Assembly (NCBI GenBank): GCA_963834795.1 | Contig: CAWIDL010000021.1 | Span: forward strand, 134,243-198,242 | Direction: 5' to 3' | Source of the DNA: an uncultured delta proteobacterium | GTDB lineage: Bacteria; Desulfobacterota; Desulfobaccia; Desulfobaccales; 0-14-0-80-60-11 | Length of the DNA stretch: 64,000 nucleotides | Shown: piece after piece, positions 1 through 10,022 of the stretch | How positions within the stretch are numbered: position 1 is the stretch's first letter | Layout of the letters: the number at the start of each line of letters is the position of its first letter | Notes under the pieces: generated by a model | Told to the model about the DNA's origin: nothing | Databases searched by the model: none | Seen by the model: only the letters and a program-made list of their open reading frames with translations | Program-made: the position numbers and the translations under genes

Positions 1-8
1 GGAAAGCA

Positions 9-767
9 TCAGGCCACCGAAGAGGTGCTGCGTGCCATCACACAGAACAGACCGCAGGACAGCTTGTTCAGCAATGGCAAAGACTCCCACTTGGGACTGA
101 GCCAATCCAAAAACTGGGCAGCCCGGTCTGGGCAAAAAAGGGGGACCAGACTGGCAAAGCTGTCCTCCATCACCTGGCACCCCACCTTGTTCAACCAATA
201 ACGTATCTGGGCAGGAGAGAAAGATTTCTCATTGTGGGCCCGATGATAAGGAGACAACTTTTCGATCAGCTTCAGTAAAGGATTATACCCATTGGGCTCC
301 AATAATAGAACGTAGCGGGCCACCCGGGCCATCTCACCCAGACCCTGGACAGGCTGGTCCAAATGGTGAAGCACCCCCCGCATGACAGCCAGATCGAAGT
401 GCCCTAGTGGATAAGGGAGGCGATAGGCACTACCTTGTCGAAAGCTGATCCGCGGGTACTGATCCGCGAACTTTTTCTGCGCCAGTTGCCAGCCCTCAGA
501 AGGCTCCACCCCCACGGCTTCGGACACCCCGAGATATTCCGCCAACTCCACAGTGAAGGTGCCGTCGCCACAGCCCACATCCAGCAATGATTGACATCTG
601 GTCTTAATCAACCGGTATAGGGCCATAGAAGCGCGTTTATTGAACAGGTGCATGCTCAAACTGGAATTGGTGCCAGTATAAATGTAGCCCTCCATTTCTT
701 GGAGATCGCGGTTGTAGCGTAAAATGGTTTCCTTTTCAACTGACAACGGTTTTTCCCTCCGGCGCAA
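9..767 (-). CDS. class I SAM-dependent methyltransferase
   Basis: 252-aa ORF with SAM motif I LLDVGCGDGTFT and later MRGVLHHL. The track start is TTG, so the true start is uncertain. Confidence 0.8.
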   Translation of the reverse strand: MRRREKPLSVEKETILRYNRDLQEMEGYIYTGTNSSLSMHLFNKRASMALYRLIKTRCQSLLDVGCGDGTFTVELAEYLGVSEAVGVEPSEGWQLAQKKFADQYPRISFRQGSAYRLPYPLGHFDLAVMRGVLHHLDQPVQGLGEMARVARYVLLLEPNGYNPLLKLIEKLSPYHRAHNEKSFSPAQIRYWLNKVGCQVMEDSFASLVPLFCPDRAAQFLDWLSPKWESLPLLNKLSCGLFCVMARSTSSVA

Positions 768-843
768 TGCACAAATGATTAGAGAGGCTTATATAGAAAT
801 CTAAAAAAATTCTTCTGACCTCCTTTTGTCAGGTTGAGCCCAT

Positions 844-2838
844 TCATGGTCTGGGCGGGAGCCGGGAGCCCTCCATATCCAGGGCTTCGCGGATACGGCC
901 GCCTTTAATAAAGGCCCTTCTGATGAAAAGAGGCCGCCCTTTGGTCTCGTCCATGATTTTGCCCACATACTCTCCCACCAGGCTGACGGCCAGCAAATTG
1001 AGCGAGCCGAATAGGATAATCAACAAAGTAACCAAAGTGATTCCCCGGGGGGCTGAGTGCGGGAACCACAGCCTTATGATAACGGAGGCAGTTGCCGTCA
1101 ACGCGGACAGGCCGAAAAGCAATAACCCCATGAAGGTCAGAAAGTTCAGGGGAGCCTGACTGAAGGAAAAGATGCCCTTTTTGGCCCATTGGAAGTTCTT
1201 CCAAAGGCTATTAGTAGAACGCCCGAACATCCTTTCCGGTCGTATATAGTTCACTCCCTCCTGCTTGAAGCCCACGAAGGCCCGCAGTCCCCTGAGAAAC
1301 ATGTCTCTCTCCGGAAAGCTGAGAAGGTGTTGGACCACTCGCTTGTCAATCAGGGAGAAATCGCCAGCATCCCTGGGTATGTCTATATAGGAAAACCGGT
1401 CGAACACCCAGTAGAAGGCCTTGTAAGCCAACTGCATGTACCAGGGAGCCTCGCGTTGCACCCTGCGTCCGTAAACCACTTCGTAGCCCTGGCGCCACTT
1501 TTCCACGAATTGCCCGATGATTTCAGGAGGGTCCTGCAGATCGCCGTCCATAAGCACGCAGGAGTTCTTGCTAGCCAGTTCCATGCCACTCCGGAAGGCA
1601 GCCTGGGAGCCGAAGTTGCGTGAGTGGCTCACACCAATAACCCGATGGTCCCGGTGACTCAGTCTGCGGATAACTTCTTCGGAGTCGTCCGGGCTGTTAT
1701 CGTTTACGAAGATGATCTCATAGTCAATTCCCAGTTTCATGAACTCCGCGGTCAGTCGCTCATATATGATGGGAATCGCCTGACCGTCCTTGTAGGAGGC
1801 GACTACCACGGAGACGCTATGGGTGGTGTCCAAATCGGTCTGTTTGCTGTACCGGCTGTATTGGATGGGGCTTTCCAGGGAGCGGAACCAGCCAATGGTC
1901 CGTTCCAGGCCCTGGCGTAAGGGGACCTGAGATTCGAACCCCAGCCGTTCCCGGGCCTTTTCAGGATTGCCCTCCCAGTTCGGCACGTCCCACATGCGGT
2001 CCGGCATGGTTTCAAAGATCGGCTCTGGCTCTATTTGGAAAATCTCCCGGGACAGGTTGGCAATATCACGAATAGTAGTCTTGTGGCCGCTGCAGATGTT
2101 GAAGGAGAGGCCGTAATCCGAGGGCTCCAGGTTCAAGGCGGCCAGCAAAAAGGCCCGGCAAACGTCATCCACGTAAATGAAGTCCCTGGATATCGCCGGG
2201 TTCACCAGAGCAGGCAGTCTCCCTTGCAAGCCCTCGGTGATTAGGGTGGGAATCAGGCGAGATGGATCCTCATAGGGGCCATAAACCGAGTAGAGCCGGA
2301 GATTGGCGCAGGCCAGCCCACGGTGCTTGCCGGCGAAATACAGCAAAGCTGAAGTGGCTGACTTGGAGACGGCGTAGTTACTATTGGGGGTGGGAGTTGC
2401 CTCTTCGGTGGGTCGGTAAGCGTTGACCCCGTACTCCGAAGAAGAGCCCGAATGAATATAGCGGACTGACCTTCGTTGGAGAAGAAGCTCTACCAGGCGC
2501 ACGGTGAGGTTGAAGTTGGTGCTGTAAATCAGGCTGCTATCGTTCTGAAAGGAGTAGGCGCCGTAGGCCAGGCAGTTAAAGACGGTCTGCGGCCGAACCT
2601 TGTCAAGCAACCGCTCTAGATTGTCCCGTTGGAGCAGGTCCCCCACCATTATGTTGTCGGCAGGGCTCCCCTCCAACCGCCAGGCAGGCATGACGGAAGC
2701 GGTGCCGTAGACTACGTCGCTCGAGTTTTGGAGGAGGCGGAAAAGATTGGACCCTATGAATCCACTAGCTCCCAGGACTAGCACTGGGCCGGGTAATTTA
2801 CTGGCCAGTTCAATAGGTTCCACTTCTGTCTGTTCCAT
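844..2838 (-). CDS. fusion protein: N-terminal NAD-dependent epimerase/dehydratase (SDR) + C-terminal family-2 glycosyltransferase with C-terminal TM helices
   Basis: 664 aa. N-terminus has the Rossmann motif VLGASGFIGSNL and YAVSK (YxxxK). The C-terminal half has VSVVVASYKDG, NDNSPDDS and DGDLQDPPE (GT2, DPM1/ArnC-like), followed by hydrophobic helices. Confidence 0.85.
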   Translation of the reverse strand: MEQTEVEPIELASKLPGPVLVLGASGFIGSNLFRLLQNSSDVVYGTASVMPAWRLEGSPADNIMVGDLLQRDNLERLLDKVRPQTVFNCLAYGAYSFQNDSSLIYSTNFNLTVRLVELLLQRRSVRYIHSGSSSEYGVNAYRPTEEATPTPNSNYAVSKSATSALLYFAGKHRGLACANLRLYSVYGPYEDPSRLIPTLITEGLQGRLPALVNPAISRDFIYVDDVCRAFLLAALNLEPSDYGLSFNICSGHKTTIRDIANLSREIFQIEPEPIFETMPDRMWDVPNWEGNPEKARERLGFESQVPLRQGLERTIGWFRSLESPIQYSRYSKQTDLDTTHSVSVVVASYKDGQAIPIIYERLTAEFMKLGIDYEIIFVNDNSPDDSEEVIRRLSHRDHRVIGVSHSRNFGSQAAFRSGMELASKNSCVLMDGDLQDPPEIIGQFVEKWRQGYEVVYGRRVQREAPWYMQLAYKAFYWVFDRFSYIDIPRDAGDFSLIDKRVVQHLLSFPERDMFLRGLRAFVGFKQEGVNYIRPERMFGRSTNSLWKNFQWAKKGIFSFSQAPLNFLTFMGLLLFGLSALTATASVIIRLWFPHSAPRGITLVTLLIILFGSLNLLAVSLVGEYVGKIMDETKGRPLFIRRAFIKGGRIREALDMEGSRLPPRP

Positions 2839-3454
2839 TGCGCTTCCTCAAAAACGAGACATTTCTGCCGCATTTTGGTAAGTATTGGGCCCTGAGAATA
2901 TTCTGGACCCCCCCCTGGCCAGGACGGGTCACCGCCCGGATATCTGCCAGATGGTCACCTGGCTGGCCGGCCCTTGCCACCAGCGCCGCAGACTGGCCGA
3001 AGGTGAGATTTTTTAGGGTATTTCGGCATATTCGACAAGCAAAGTAGCCTTGGTTTTTGAAATAGTGCTGCTGAAAACTGCTGGATTTGTGGTGGTCCAC
3101 AAGGTATTAATGATAGCGAGACGGTTATCCTCAGGGTTAAGTCTCATGGCGAACTTATCCATTACATTGGCTCCAAACTCAAGAAAATCGGCCCTTCCGG
3201 CAATGCCGCTGAACGGTAAAAAGAGGCGGTGCGGTATTTATTGGACATAATCACTGCATTGGGTGGAGCTTTTTTCCGGAGGTAGAGCATTGATTGCAAC
3301 TCATTCGGGGAGAAGCTGACCTTTGCCGCCAGGACGATGACACGCAACGTCCTGATCAGCCGGTCGCTTTCCGGACAGGCCAGCACGGCATCCATGACTA
3401 CCCGTAATTTTTTCATAGACTTTATAAATACGCAAGAGCGATAATGTAATTCAC

Positions 3455-4099
3455 ATGCGATACTTTACTCAAAGCCGATTCCCTCGCCTTTGGCTCCTTT
3501 TTCAGAAGACCATTGGAGGAACAGTTGACAAGCAGAGACTTGCTGTACGCGCATGGAAAGGAGAAAAACGTATCCTTGAAGTCGGATGCTCTGTGGGCAA
3601 TGTTTCCGATGCGTTCCGGCGCTTTCCAGATGTTCAATTCACGGGGGTGGACATTGATCGCGTTGTCCTAGAAGTTGCCATTTCGCGTTTTGCCGACTGT
3701 AAGGGTTGGCGCTTCTTGAATGTTTCATTGGCCGATCTTCGCAACTGCGGAGAAACATTTGACTATATTTTATTCGCAGGGATATTCCATCATGTGGATG
3801 ATGCGGTAGTTCGTAATTTGTTAGCTGATGTGCAACGAATTATACTTCCTCACACTAAGATTGTCATATATGATCCGGTGGCGCCTCGATCTGACGATTC
3901 TTTTCTTGTTAAGTTGTATTACCGATTAGAAGAAGGTCGATTCCTCCGCCAACATACCGCGTTACGTCATCTTATTAAAGAGAGTGGTCTTATGATTCGC
4001 AAGGAGGAAGAAGATGTGCCCATTGCGCCATCAATTTTTCGTTTGCCACAAGTGAGCCGGTTTTCCTACTTTGTCGCATGCGGACAAAATCCTCTTTGA
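3455..4099 (+). CDS. class I SAM-dependent methyltransferase
   Basis: 214 aa with motif I ILEVGCSVGNVS and FAGIFHHV. It lies in a lower-GC stretch. Confidence 0.7.
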   Translation: MRYFTQSRFPRLWLLFQKTIGGTVDKQRLAVRAWKGEKRILEVGCSVGNVSDAFRRFPDVQFTGVDIDRVVLEVAISRFADCKGWRFLNVSLADLRNCGETFDYILFAGIFHHVDDAVVRNLLADVQRIILPHTKIVIYDPVAPRSDDSFLVKLYYRLEEGRFLRQHTALRHLIKESGLMIRKEEEDVPIAPSIFRLPQVSRFSYFVACGQNPL

Positions 4100-4166
4100 G
4101 TCATGCTTTGTCCGCATTCTAGCTGATGAAGGCACTCAGTTTGTTGTCCACCGAGGGCAAGTGCGC

Positions 4167-5102
4167 TCATGAGACTCCCCGCTGGCGCAACCACAAATCG
4201 AGAAAGGCGCTGGCGATGGCAGGCGCATCCAACCCGGCAAAAGTTAAGAGCTCGCTGCGGTTCAGGCAGGTCTTGGGATAGCCGAGGGGAGCACACAAAC
4301 AGCGCATGGGGTTGCCCAGACCGTGTTCGGCGATAAACAGGGCAATCCTTTGCCCCAGCCCGCCGGATTGAATGTGCTCCTCGGCGGTGACTACGGGGAT
4401 GCCCCCCGCCAGGATTTCGGCAAGGGTCTCGGCATCTAAGGGTTCGGTAGTGGGAAAATGGACCACCGCAGGCGCCACGCCCTCGGTTTGAATGGTTTCC
4501 ACGGCCCGCAAGACTTCGCTCAATAAAAAGCCATTGGTGATTATGACTCCTTCCCGGCGGTTGGGGCGAACGAAGGCCCGCCAGGGTGAAATAGTCTCCC
4601 TGGGATCGCGCAACACCGGCTCGCCATTCCGGCCAAGCCTCAGATAGGCAGGGCCGGTGAGATCAGGAGCCGCGCGGACGCAAGCTTGGACCTCCAAAGG
4701 ATCGGCCGGGGTCCATACGGTCATGTCCGGAATGGCGCTCATAAGGGCCAGGTCTTCCAGCCCGAAATGGGTGGGGCCATTGTGCCCATAACAATAGCCG
4801 CCGCCGACCCCGACCACAATCACGCGGCTGCGATTGTAGGAAAGGCTGATCTTGATCTGTTCCAGACAACGCAGGGTCACGAAGGGGGCGATGGAGTAAG
4901 CAAACGGGAGATGTCCGGCATGGGCCAGCCCGGCCGCGCAACCAATCATCAGACCTTCCCGCACGCCGACGTTGATGACCCTCTTGGGGTCGCAGGCTTT
5001 GAGGCGATCAAAAAGCTTATATCCCAGATCACCGGTAAGAAAGACTACCCGCCGGTCCGCCTCGAAGAGGTCGAAGAGCGCGGCGAAGAAGGCATCACGC
5101 AC
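4167..5102 (-). CDS. transketolase, C-terminal (pyrimidine-binding) subunit
   Basis: Homology-like sequence starts at VRDAFFAALF...FLTGDLGYKLF...GVREGLMIGCAAGLA. The GTG at 5102 overlaps the stop of the upstream subunit. The 451-aa track ORF has a spurious N-terminal extension. Confidence 0.85.
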   Translation of the reverse strand: MRDAFFAALFDLFEADRRVVFLTGDLGYKLFDRLKACDPKRVINVGVREGLMIGCAAGLAHAGHLPFAYSIAPFVTLRCLEQIKISLSYNRSRVIVVGVGGGYCYGHNGPTHFGLEDLALMSAIPDMTVWTPADPLEVQACVRAAPDLTGPAYLRLGRNGEPVLRDPRETISPWRAFVRPNRREGVIITNGFLLSEVLRAVETIQTEGVAPAVVHFPTTEPLDAETLAEILAGGIPVVTAEEHIQSGGLGQRIALFIAEHGLGNPMRCLCAPLGYPKTCLNRSELLTFAGLDAPAIASAFLDLWLRQRGVS

Positions 5103-6039
5103 GTAACAGACTCCGCCGGGCGCGTTCTCGGTCGGCACCCCTGACCGGGCGGTAATGCCACTCCAGATCACCCTCCATAAAGTTGACGCCGCCTCCTTTA
5201 ATGGTTCGGCAGAGGACCACCCGCGGCTGGCCGGGGGCGTTGGCCCTGGCAAAGCTGTCCACCAGAGCCTGAAAATTGTGGCCTGCCTGTATTTCGGTTT
5301 CCCACCCGAAGCCGGACCATATGGAAGGTAAAGACAGTCCCGGCGAGATGTCCTCGCAGCGGCCGCAGGCCTGATAGCCATTCCAGTCCACCAGAGCGGT
5401 AAGATTGTCCAGCCCATGGGCCTTGGCCGCGGCGGCCGCTTCCCACACCGAGCCTTCATCGCATTCGCCGTCACCCAACAGCACGAAAACCCTGGCCGGC
5501 AATGACTTGAGCCGCAAGCCATAAGCCAGCCCCACGCCGAAGGACAATCCGTGCCCGAGGCTGCCCGCGGCCAGTTCCACTCCGGGCAACTCCCCGGGCA
5601 TGGGATGTTCGGCCAGGCAGCACGTGCTCTCGCAGTAGCGCTGCAACAAGGCCGGATCGAAGAAGCCGGCCCGGGCCAGCACGGCGTAATGGGCCATGGC
5701 TGCGTGTCCCTTGGAGAGAATGAAGCGGTCTCGATCCTCGGCCTGATACTTAGCCGGAGAAATGTTCAGGGCTCCGAAGTATACGGCGGCTATCATATCG
5801 ATACATGACAGTGCGGAGGCCACATGCCCGGACCTCTGGGCCATGTCGACCACATCCCAGCGCAGCATCCGCAAGCATTCTTCGGGGTTACGCTGCATGT
5901 CTGTATACATGGAACCTCCCGGCGGCACGCTGGCCGTCCTCATCCAGGCCGATATCAAGTTGACCCTGGCCACAGGAATGCTTGAGGCGACCTTCTGCAG
6001 CTTGTCAGCGGGGAGCCAGTTGTTCCTTATGGCAAGCAC
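5095..6039 (-). CDS. transketolase, N-terminal (TPP-binding) subunit
   Basis: 314 aa with LSKGHAAMAHYAVLA, GSLGHGLSFGVGLA and VLLGDGECDEGSVWEAA. Confidence 0.9.
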   Translation of the reverse strand: MLAIRNNWLPADKLQKVASSIPVARVNLISAWMRTASVPPGGSMYTDMQRNPEECLRMLRWDVVDMAQRSGHVASALSCIDMIAAVYFGALNISPAKYQAEDRDRFILSKGHAAMAHYAVLARAGFFDPALLQRYCESTCCLAEHPMPGELPGVELAAGSLGHGLSFGVGLAYGLRLKSLPARVFVLLGDGECDEGSVWEAAAAAKAHGLDNLTALVDWNGYQACGRCEDISPGLSLPSIWSGFGWETEIQAGHNFQALVDSFARANAPGQPRVVLCRTIKGGGVNFMEGDLEWHYRPVRGADRERARRSLLRA

Positions 6040-6789
6040 ACCGAGGTGGCCTTGATCTTTGCCTACAATTCCCAGGGCTGGTCAAAATCCCCCGCCGCTA
6101 ACGGGCGCCCGCAATGAGTTTAATTGTAAATATACCATAAATATTAGACCGAAGGGAGTAATGGAATTGAATTATCAAAAAAAAAGTTATAATTTAAGGA
6201 ATTTTTTGATAAAATTCAATTCGGGAAATAATCGGCAATCTGCACTCATTCTGGAAATGAGGGTTGAATCCCAGCACCATTCAAGAGAAAATATGAAGCG
6301 CCTTCAAGGAGATTCCTCAGTCCAAAACACTTTCACCATCTTTTCGTCAGCCTTTTGTAAGGAATCCCAGATCCACTTTACGCTGTTGGCAAGAATCATA
6401 ACGGCCTATTGCCGGGTCAGACGTCCCAGAACATAAGTTTTTAACAACAAGAAGGAGGCCCTACGGCCTGAGGGGAAGCGGGGGCCGCAAGGATTGGCCG
6501 GTAAAAATTTCAGGGCATGATGATGGGACGTGCTCGGCCTGCCCCGTATGCACTGGGTGCCGACGGGCTGGGGGCAGGTCACCCCATTACTCTTCGAGAA
6601 AGATTTAACGTATGCATCTGTGACCTGCCCCCCAAAACCTGATCCACAATATTACCAATCGGCTGAAATCCCTTACCGAGTAACTCCCCATCAAACCAAG
6701 GCGCCTCATAAGGCAATCAGGCGCGGTTTCCCCGGCCGGGGAGAAGTCCAGGACCACACCGCGCCCCTGGGCCCAGGCCCATAAAAATT

Positions 6790-7155
6790 TTATTCTGTTA
6801 AATTGGAGGGTTGGGCAGAAAACGGCGGCGGCTTTTTCACCAGATTTCCAGGCGAGACCACTCTGGTGCACAAATTTATCTTACTACCGGTCTTTGCATC
6901 AAAAATGGTGGACGCCAGAACAGCCCCGTCTCCGTCAAGAACCACCATATTGAGGCCGCCCCGGTCCCTGGATTGCTCTAGTCCCGACACTTTTATGGAT
7001 GCCCGGTCGCCGAAGGGGACGCCCGCGGAATACAAGGCAATATCTTTGGTTAACCTGTCCTTCCCGATAAGTTCCCTCTTCCGCAGCTCAATTTTTACTG
7101 CGCCCTTATCGTCGATTTTCTCGAAAATCTTTGCGCCATGGCTAAATATCCCCAC
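6790..7155 (-). CDS. hypothetical protein, possible ILEI/FAM3-like domain fragment
   Basis: 121 aa with a GTG start. RGGLNMVVLDGDGAVLASTIFDAKTG resembles the ILEI-domain core. It starts 5 nt from the IS630 insertion site. Confidence 0.35.
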   Translation of the reverse strand: MGIFSHGAKIFEKIDDKGAVKIELRKRELIGKDRLTKDIALYSAGVPFGDRASIKVSGLEQSRDRGGLNMVVLDGDGAVLASTIFDAKTGSKINLCTRVVSPGNLVKKPPPFSAQPSNLTE

Positions 7156-7161
7156 ATATTA

Positions 7162-8269
7162 CTCAGAGCATTTAACTGATTAACTTTTTATGCTGCATAC
7201 TGTACGTGTTTTCCCTGGAAATAGTTGGCGACTATGTCCGGTTTGCATTGGCGACTCCGGAGATAGCTTCTGACCTTGCCCATCAACTCCGGTTGATTAG
7301 CTGGGCGTTGCCGACCCAGGGGATTGCTTTTGACATCTTGATTGAGCAATTCGTCCGGGTTGATCTCCGGACTATAGCTGGGAAGAAAAACTAACCGAAG
7401 TCGCTCCTCATTTTCTTTTACCCAGTTTTTCACCTTGAGGGAGCGGTGGACCGGGTGACAGTCGACGATGAGATATAGCCGGCGATCACTTTGACGAAGC
7501 AAGCGTCGGAGAAACTCTAAGAAAATTTGGGTAGTAAAGCGCTCTTTGAAAACCATGAAGTTTAAGCGCCCATGGTTGGTAATGGCAGAAATGATGTTGC
7601 AGCCGAAGCGCTGTCCAGTGGCCAAGATCACGGGCGTCTGACCTTTAAGGCCATAAGAGCGTCCCACGGCATGGTCTGACCGCAGCCCCATTTCATCACC
7701 CCAGTATATTTGGGCCTTCTCCCTCTGTGCCTGGCGGCGAATACTGGGATACTCTTTCTCCAGCCATTGCTGGACCTGCTCCGGATTTTGTTCCCAGGCC
7801 CAGCGCGCCGGTTTTTGCGGGGTAAAGCCCCAGCGTTTGAGATAGCGCCCTACGGTCCAGACTGACAACTGTAAACCAAAGCGGCGTTTAATGAGGAGCC
7901 CCACCGCTTCCCGGGTCCAGAGGTAAAAGGGCAATTTTAGTTGCTCCGGATGATGATCAATGACCGTCTTGGCAATTTGTGCAGCCTGCCAAGGCTGGAG
8001 CTTTCCTCCTTTCGGACGGCCTTTCCGTTTCGATTTGAGCGCTCCTGGACCCTGAAGGCGATACGCTTTAACCCATCCGCAGATGGTTTGCGGCGTAACT
8101 CCAAAGAGCTGGGCAACTTCCTTTTGCTTTTTACCGGCCAATACCGCTTTAACGGCTAATTGGCGAAGATGTTCTTGCGCAGATGACGATATGGAGCGAG
8201 CATCGACTTTTTGCAGGCAATATCTATAGCCTATGTCCCTAAATAAGTTAAGCTATTTATTGCACTGGG
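7162..8269 (-). mobile_element. IS630-family insertion sequence (copy 1)
   Basis: Imperfect terminal inverted repeats: CTCAGAGCATTTAAC... at 7162 versus ...TTATTGCACTGGG ending at 8269. TA dinucleotides flank it at 7160-7161 and 8270-8271, the typical IS630 target duplication. Confidence 0.8.
7188..8141 (-). CDS. IS630-family transposase (DDE)
   Basis: 317 aa with an N-terminal HTH (KEVAQLFGVTPQTICGWVKAY) and a DDE-type core (IYWGDEMG, LIVDCHPVH, LPSYSPEINPDE). The open frame continues about 75 nt upstream without an ATG, so the start is uncertain. Confidence 0.9.
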   Translation of the reverse strand: MAGKKQKEVAQLFGVTPQTICGWVKAYRLQGPGALKSKRKGRPKGGKLQPWQAAQIAKTVIDHHPEQLKLPFYLWTREAVGLLIKRRFGLQLSVWTVGRYLKRWGFTPQKPARWAWEQNPEQVQQWLEKEYPSIRRQAQREKAQIYWGDEMGLRSDHAVGRSYGLKGQTPVILATGQRFGCNIISAITNHGRLNFMVFKERFTTQIFLEFLRRLLRQSDRRLYLIVDCHPVHRSLKVKNWVKENEERLRLVFLPSYSPEINPDELLNQDVKSNPLGRQRPANQPELMGKVRSYLRSRQCKPDIVANYFQGKHVQYAA

Positions 8270-8397
8270 TAATAATAACTCAATGGCATGGACGATACCT
8301 TTTTGAGAGCGGCGTTATTATTAATCTCCAAACGGTGCAGCAGGGGGTGCAGTTGAATATTGTCCCCCAGGGTTTCAAGATTACCATGAAATAGAAA

Positions 8398-9072
8398 ATG
8401 AATACTCTCCGAGGGTATATTATCGGTGTCATTATCATAATCGCGGTCGTGCTTGGCATCGCTTGGTTCTATAACGGCGGTGAACACTTTAAGGGCGTGT
8501 CTTCGGTTTGTTATGGATTTTTGCTCGGATGGCTGTCTGGTGCATTCATAGCCATTAACACAAGGGGGGTAGGAGTCCCGTCCGGGGGGATGGCTTTTGG
8601 GGCCGCGAAAATATGGGGCACCAAGAGCTACCGGCAGGGGACCCGGGAGCCCGGCTGGCAGGACCGGACCCGCTCAACCCATGTCATTACCTTTGACCGG
8701 CGACCTTCCCTCTCAAACGCATTGAACGAAACCCTCACGCAAGATTTAAATGCTTTTCTACAGACCCAGACTTTTCCTGATCTCTACAGGGCTTACGCCT
8801 GGAAAAATGATACATACGCCAACGGCTTCCCCGACATCTATGGCCTTGAGTCCCGGTTGGTCATGATGGACCAGACCAGTGGGATAACCCTCTTAGATGT
8901 CAAATGCCTAGCGAAATGGGGCGCGATGCGCAACCCAGGACGCATTTCCAGGGAAGTGCCGTGGCTTCCCTCAAACAGGCGTTTCCCTGGCCGGGTCATA
9001 ATCCTCTATCTCAGAGTTCCCCGATTTGCCAGTGTCTCCCCTTTAAACTGTCTTTCCGGTGCCTTATTCTGA
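8398..9072 (+). CDS. hypothetical membrane protein
   Basis: 224-aa ORF with two N-terminal hydrophobic helices and no recognisable domain. It overlaps a 76-aa minus-strand ORF. Confidence 0.3.
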   Translation: MNTLRGYIIGVIIIIAVVLGIAWFYNGGEHFKGVSSVCYGFLLGWLSGAFIAINTRGVGVPSGGMAFGAAKIWGTKSYRQGTREPGWQDRTRSTHVITFDRRPSLSNALNETLTQDLNAFLQTQTFPDLYRAYAWKNDTYANGFPDIYGLESRLVMMDQTSGITLLDVKCLAKWGAMRNPGRISREVPWLPSNRRFPGRVIILYLRVPRFASVSPLNCLSGALF

Positions 9073-9251
9073 TTCGCCTGACATTCTACGGTTCCAAAGG
9101 CCCTTGGCCTGCTCGCAGCTGGTGCAACCAGGCCCTCATTCCGGATGGAACCAAGGTTGTGCAAAGGCGGAGGACATCTGCGGCAGCTGCTCTCTGATGG
9201 GCCTACTTTGGGAAATAGTCTGTCTAAGTTTGATAAGTTGGGATGATCGAT

Positions 9252-9593
9252 TTAATATTGCACCAGCCGGGCCTCGGGGTGCCAATGGTTTTTGACACTC
9301 AACCGCCTAGCCTCTCGCCAATATTCCTTGATTTCCCCCACACTGAGAGGTTGAGCGCCATATCCAACTTGTCTCACCTCGTGCAAAATTTCCGATGGCA
9401 CCTGCAATTCACCGAGAGGTAGGTTGCCGGCCTCCCGGGTCTCGCCAAGAATCACCACCACGGGCTTGCCGTAATGGCGCCCCGTCTCGGTCCAGGTGAT
9501 GGTGACCGGATAGCTGATACAGCCGTTTCTATCCAGCGCCTCACAATAAGCGTCAAATTCCGAGAAGATCGCCTTAACGTCTTTGAGTATCAT
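9252..9593 (-). CDS. hypothetical protein
   Basis: 113-aa ORF with an ATG start and coding-like composition. No domain recognised. Confidence 0.5.
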   Translation of the reverse strand: MILKDVKAIFSEFDAYCEALDRNGCISYPVTITWTETGRHYGKPVVVILGETREAGNLPLGELQVPSEILHEVRQVGYGAQPLSVGEIKEYWREARRLSVKNHWHPEARLVQY

Positions 9594-9712
9594 TTACGGT
9601 CTCCTATCCTTTTGTCGGCGGGCCTGTCGATGGATCTCTAGCTGAGGTGATTGCAAGCTAATTTTCATGTTATATTAGAAATTGCGTTTCCATAATATCT
9701 TTCTTTGGTGAA

Positions 9713-9874
9713 TTAGGAGTTAAAAACCCTGATGGTCGCATAAATATCATCTGGGGTTCCTATTAGGTGGCTCTGCCAAGCCTCCTCATTGTTCTCTCCA
9801 ACTCTCACCTGTATTATAGCCATCCGATAATCAAAATATTTCATTACTTCAGACTGGGGTTTGAATCTTGCCAT
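9713..9874 (-). CDS. small hypothetical protein (53 aa)
   Basis: Hand-translated: MARFKPQSEVMKYFDYRMAIIQVRVGENNEEAWQSHLIGTPDDIYATIRVFNS. It is below the track cut-off and lies upstream of the 9252-9593 ORF on the same strand. Confidence 0.3.
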   Translation of the reverse strand: MARFKPQSEVMKYFDYRMAIIQVRVGENNEEAWQSHLIGTPDDIYATIRVFNS

Positions 9875-10022
9875 AGTATTATTTCCTTTTATATTAAATA
9901 TTCAATATCTCTGTACGTCTGGGCAGTTAAATTGCCTCTGAGTAAATCTTTGGTCACCCCATGGATGTCTGATATTGACGCTAGCGGTCCCCTTTCCGAA
10001 CTATCACCTTCGACACAAGCGA

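Noticed and set aside
2810-3416. 96-aa (2810-3100) and 84-aa (3162-3416) minus-strand ORFs, and 6059-6436 (+) in AT-rich spacers.
   Set aside because: There is no RBS, no recognisable motif (a CRIC string alone is insufficient for a zinc-ribbon methyltransferase N-terminus), and they sit in spacer-like sequence. They were left unannotated.
4167-5522. 451-aa version of the transketolase C-terminal subunit.
   Set aside because: The first 140 residues overlap the N-terminal subunit gene out of frame and look non-protein-like. A GTG at 5102 gives the expected ~311-aa subunit.
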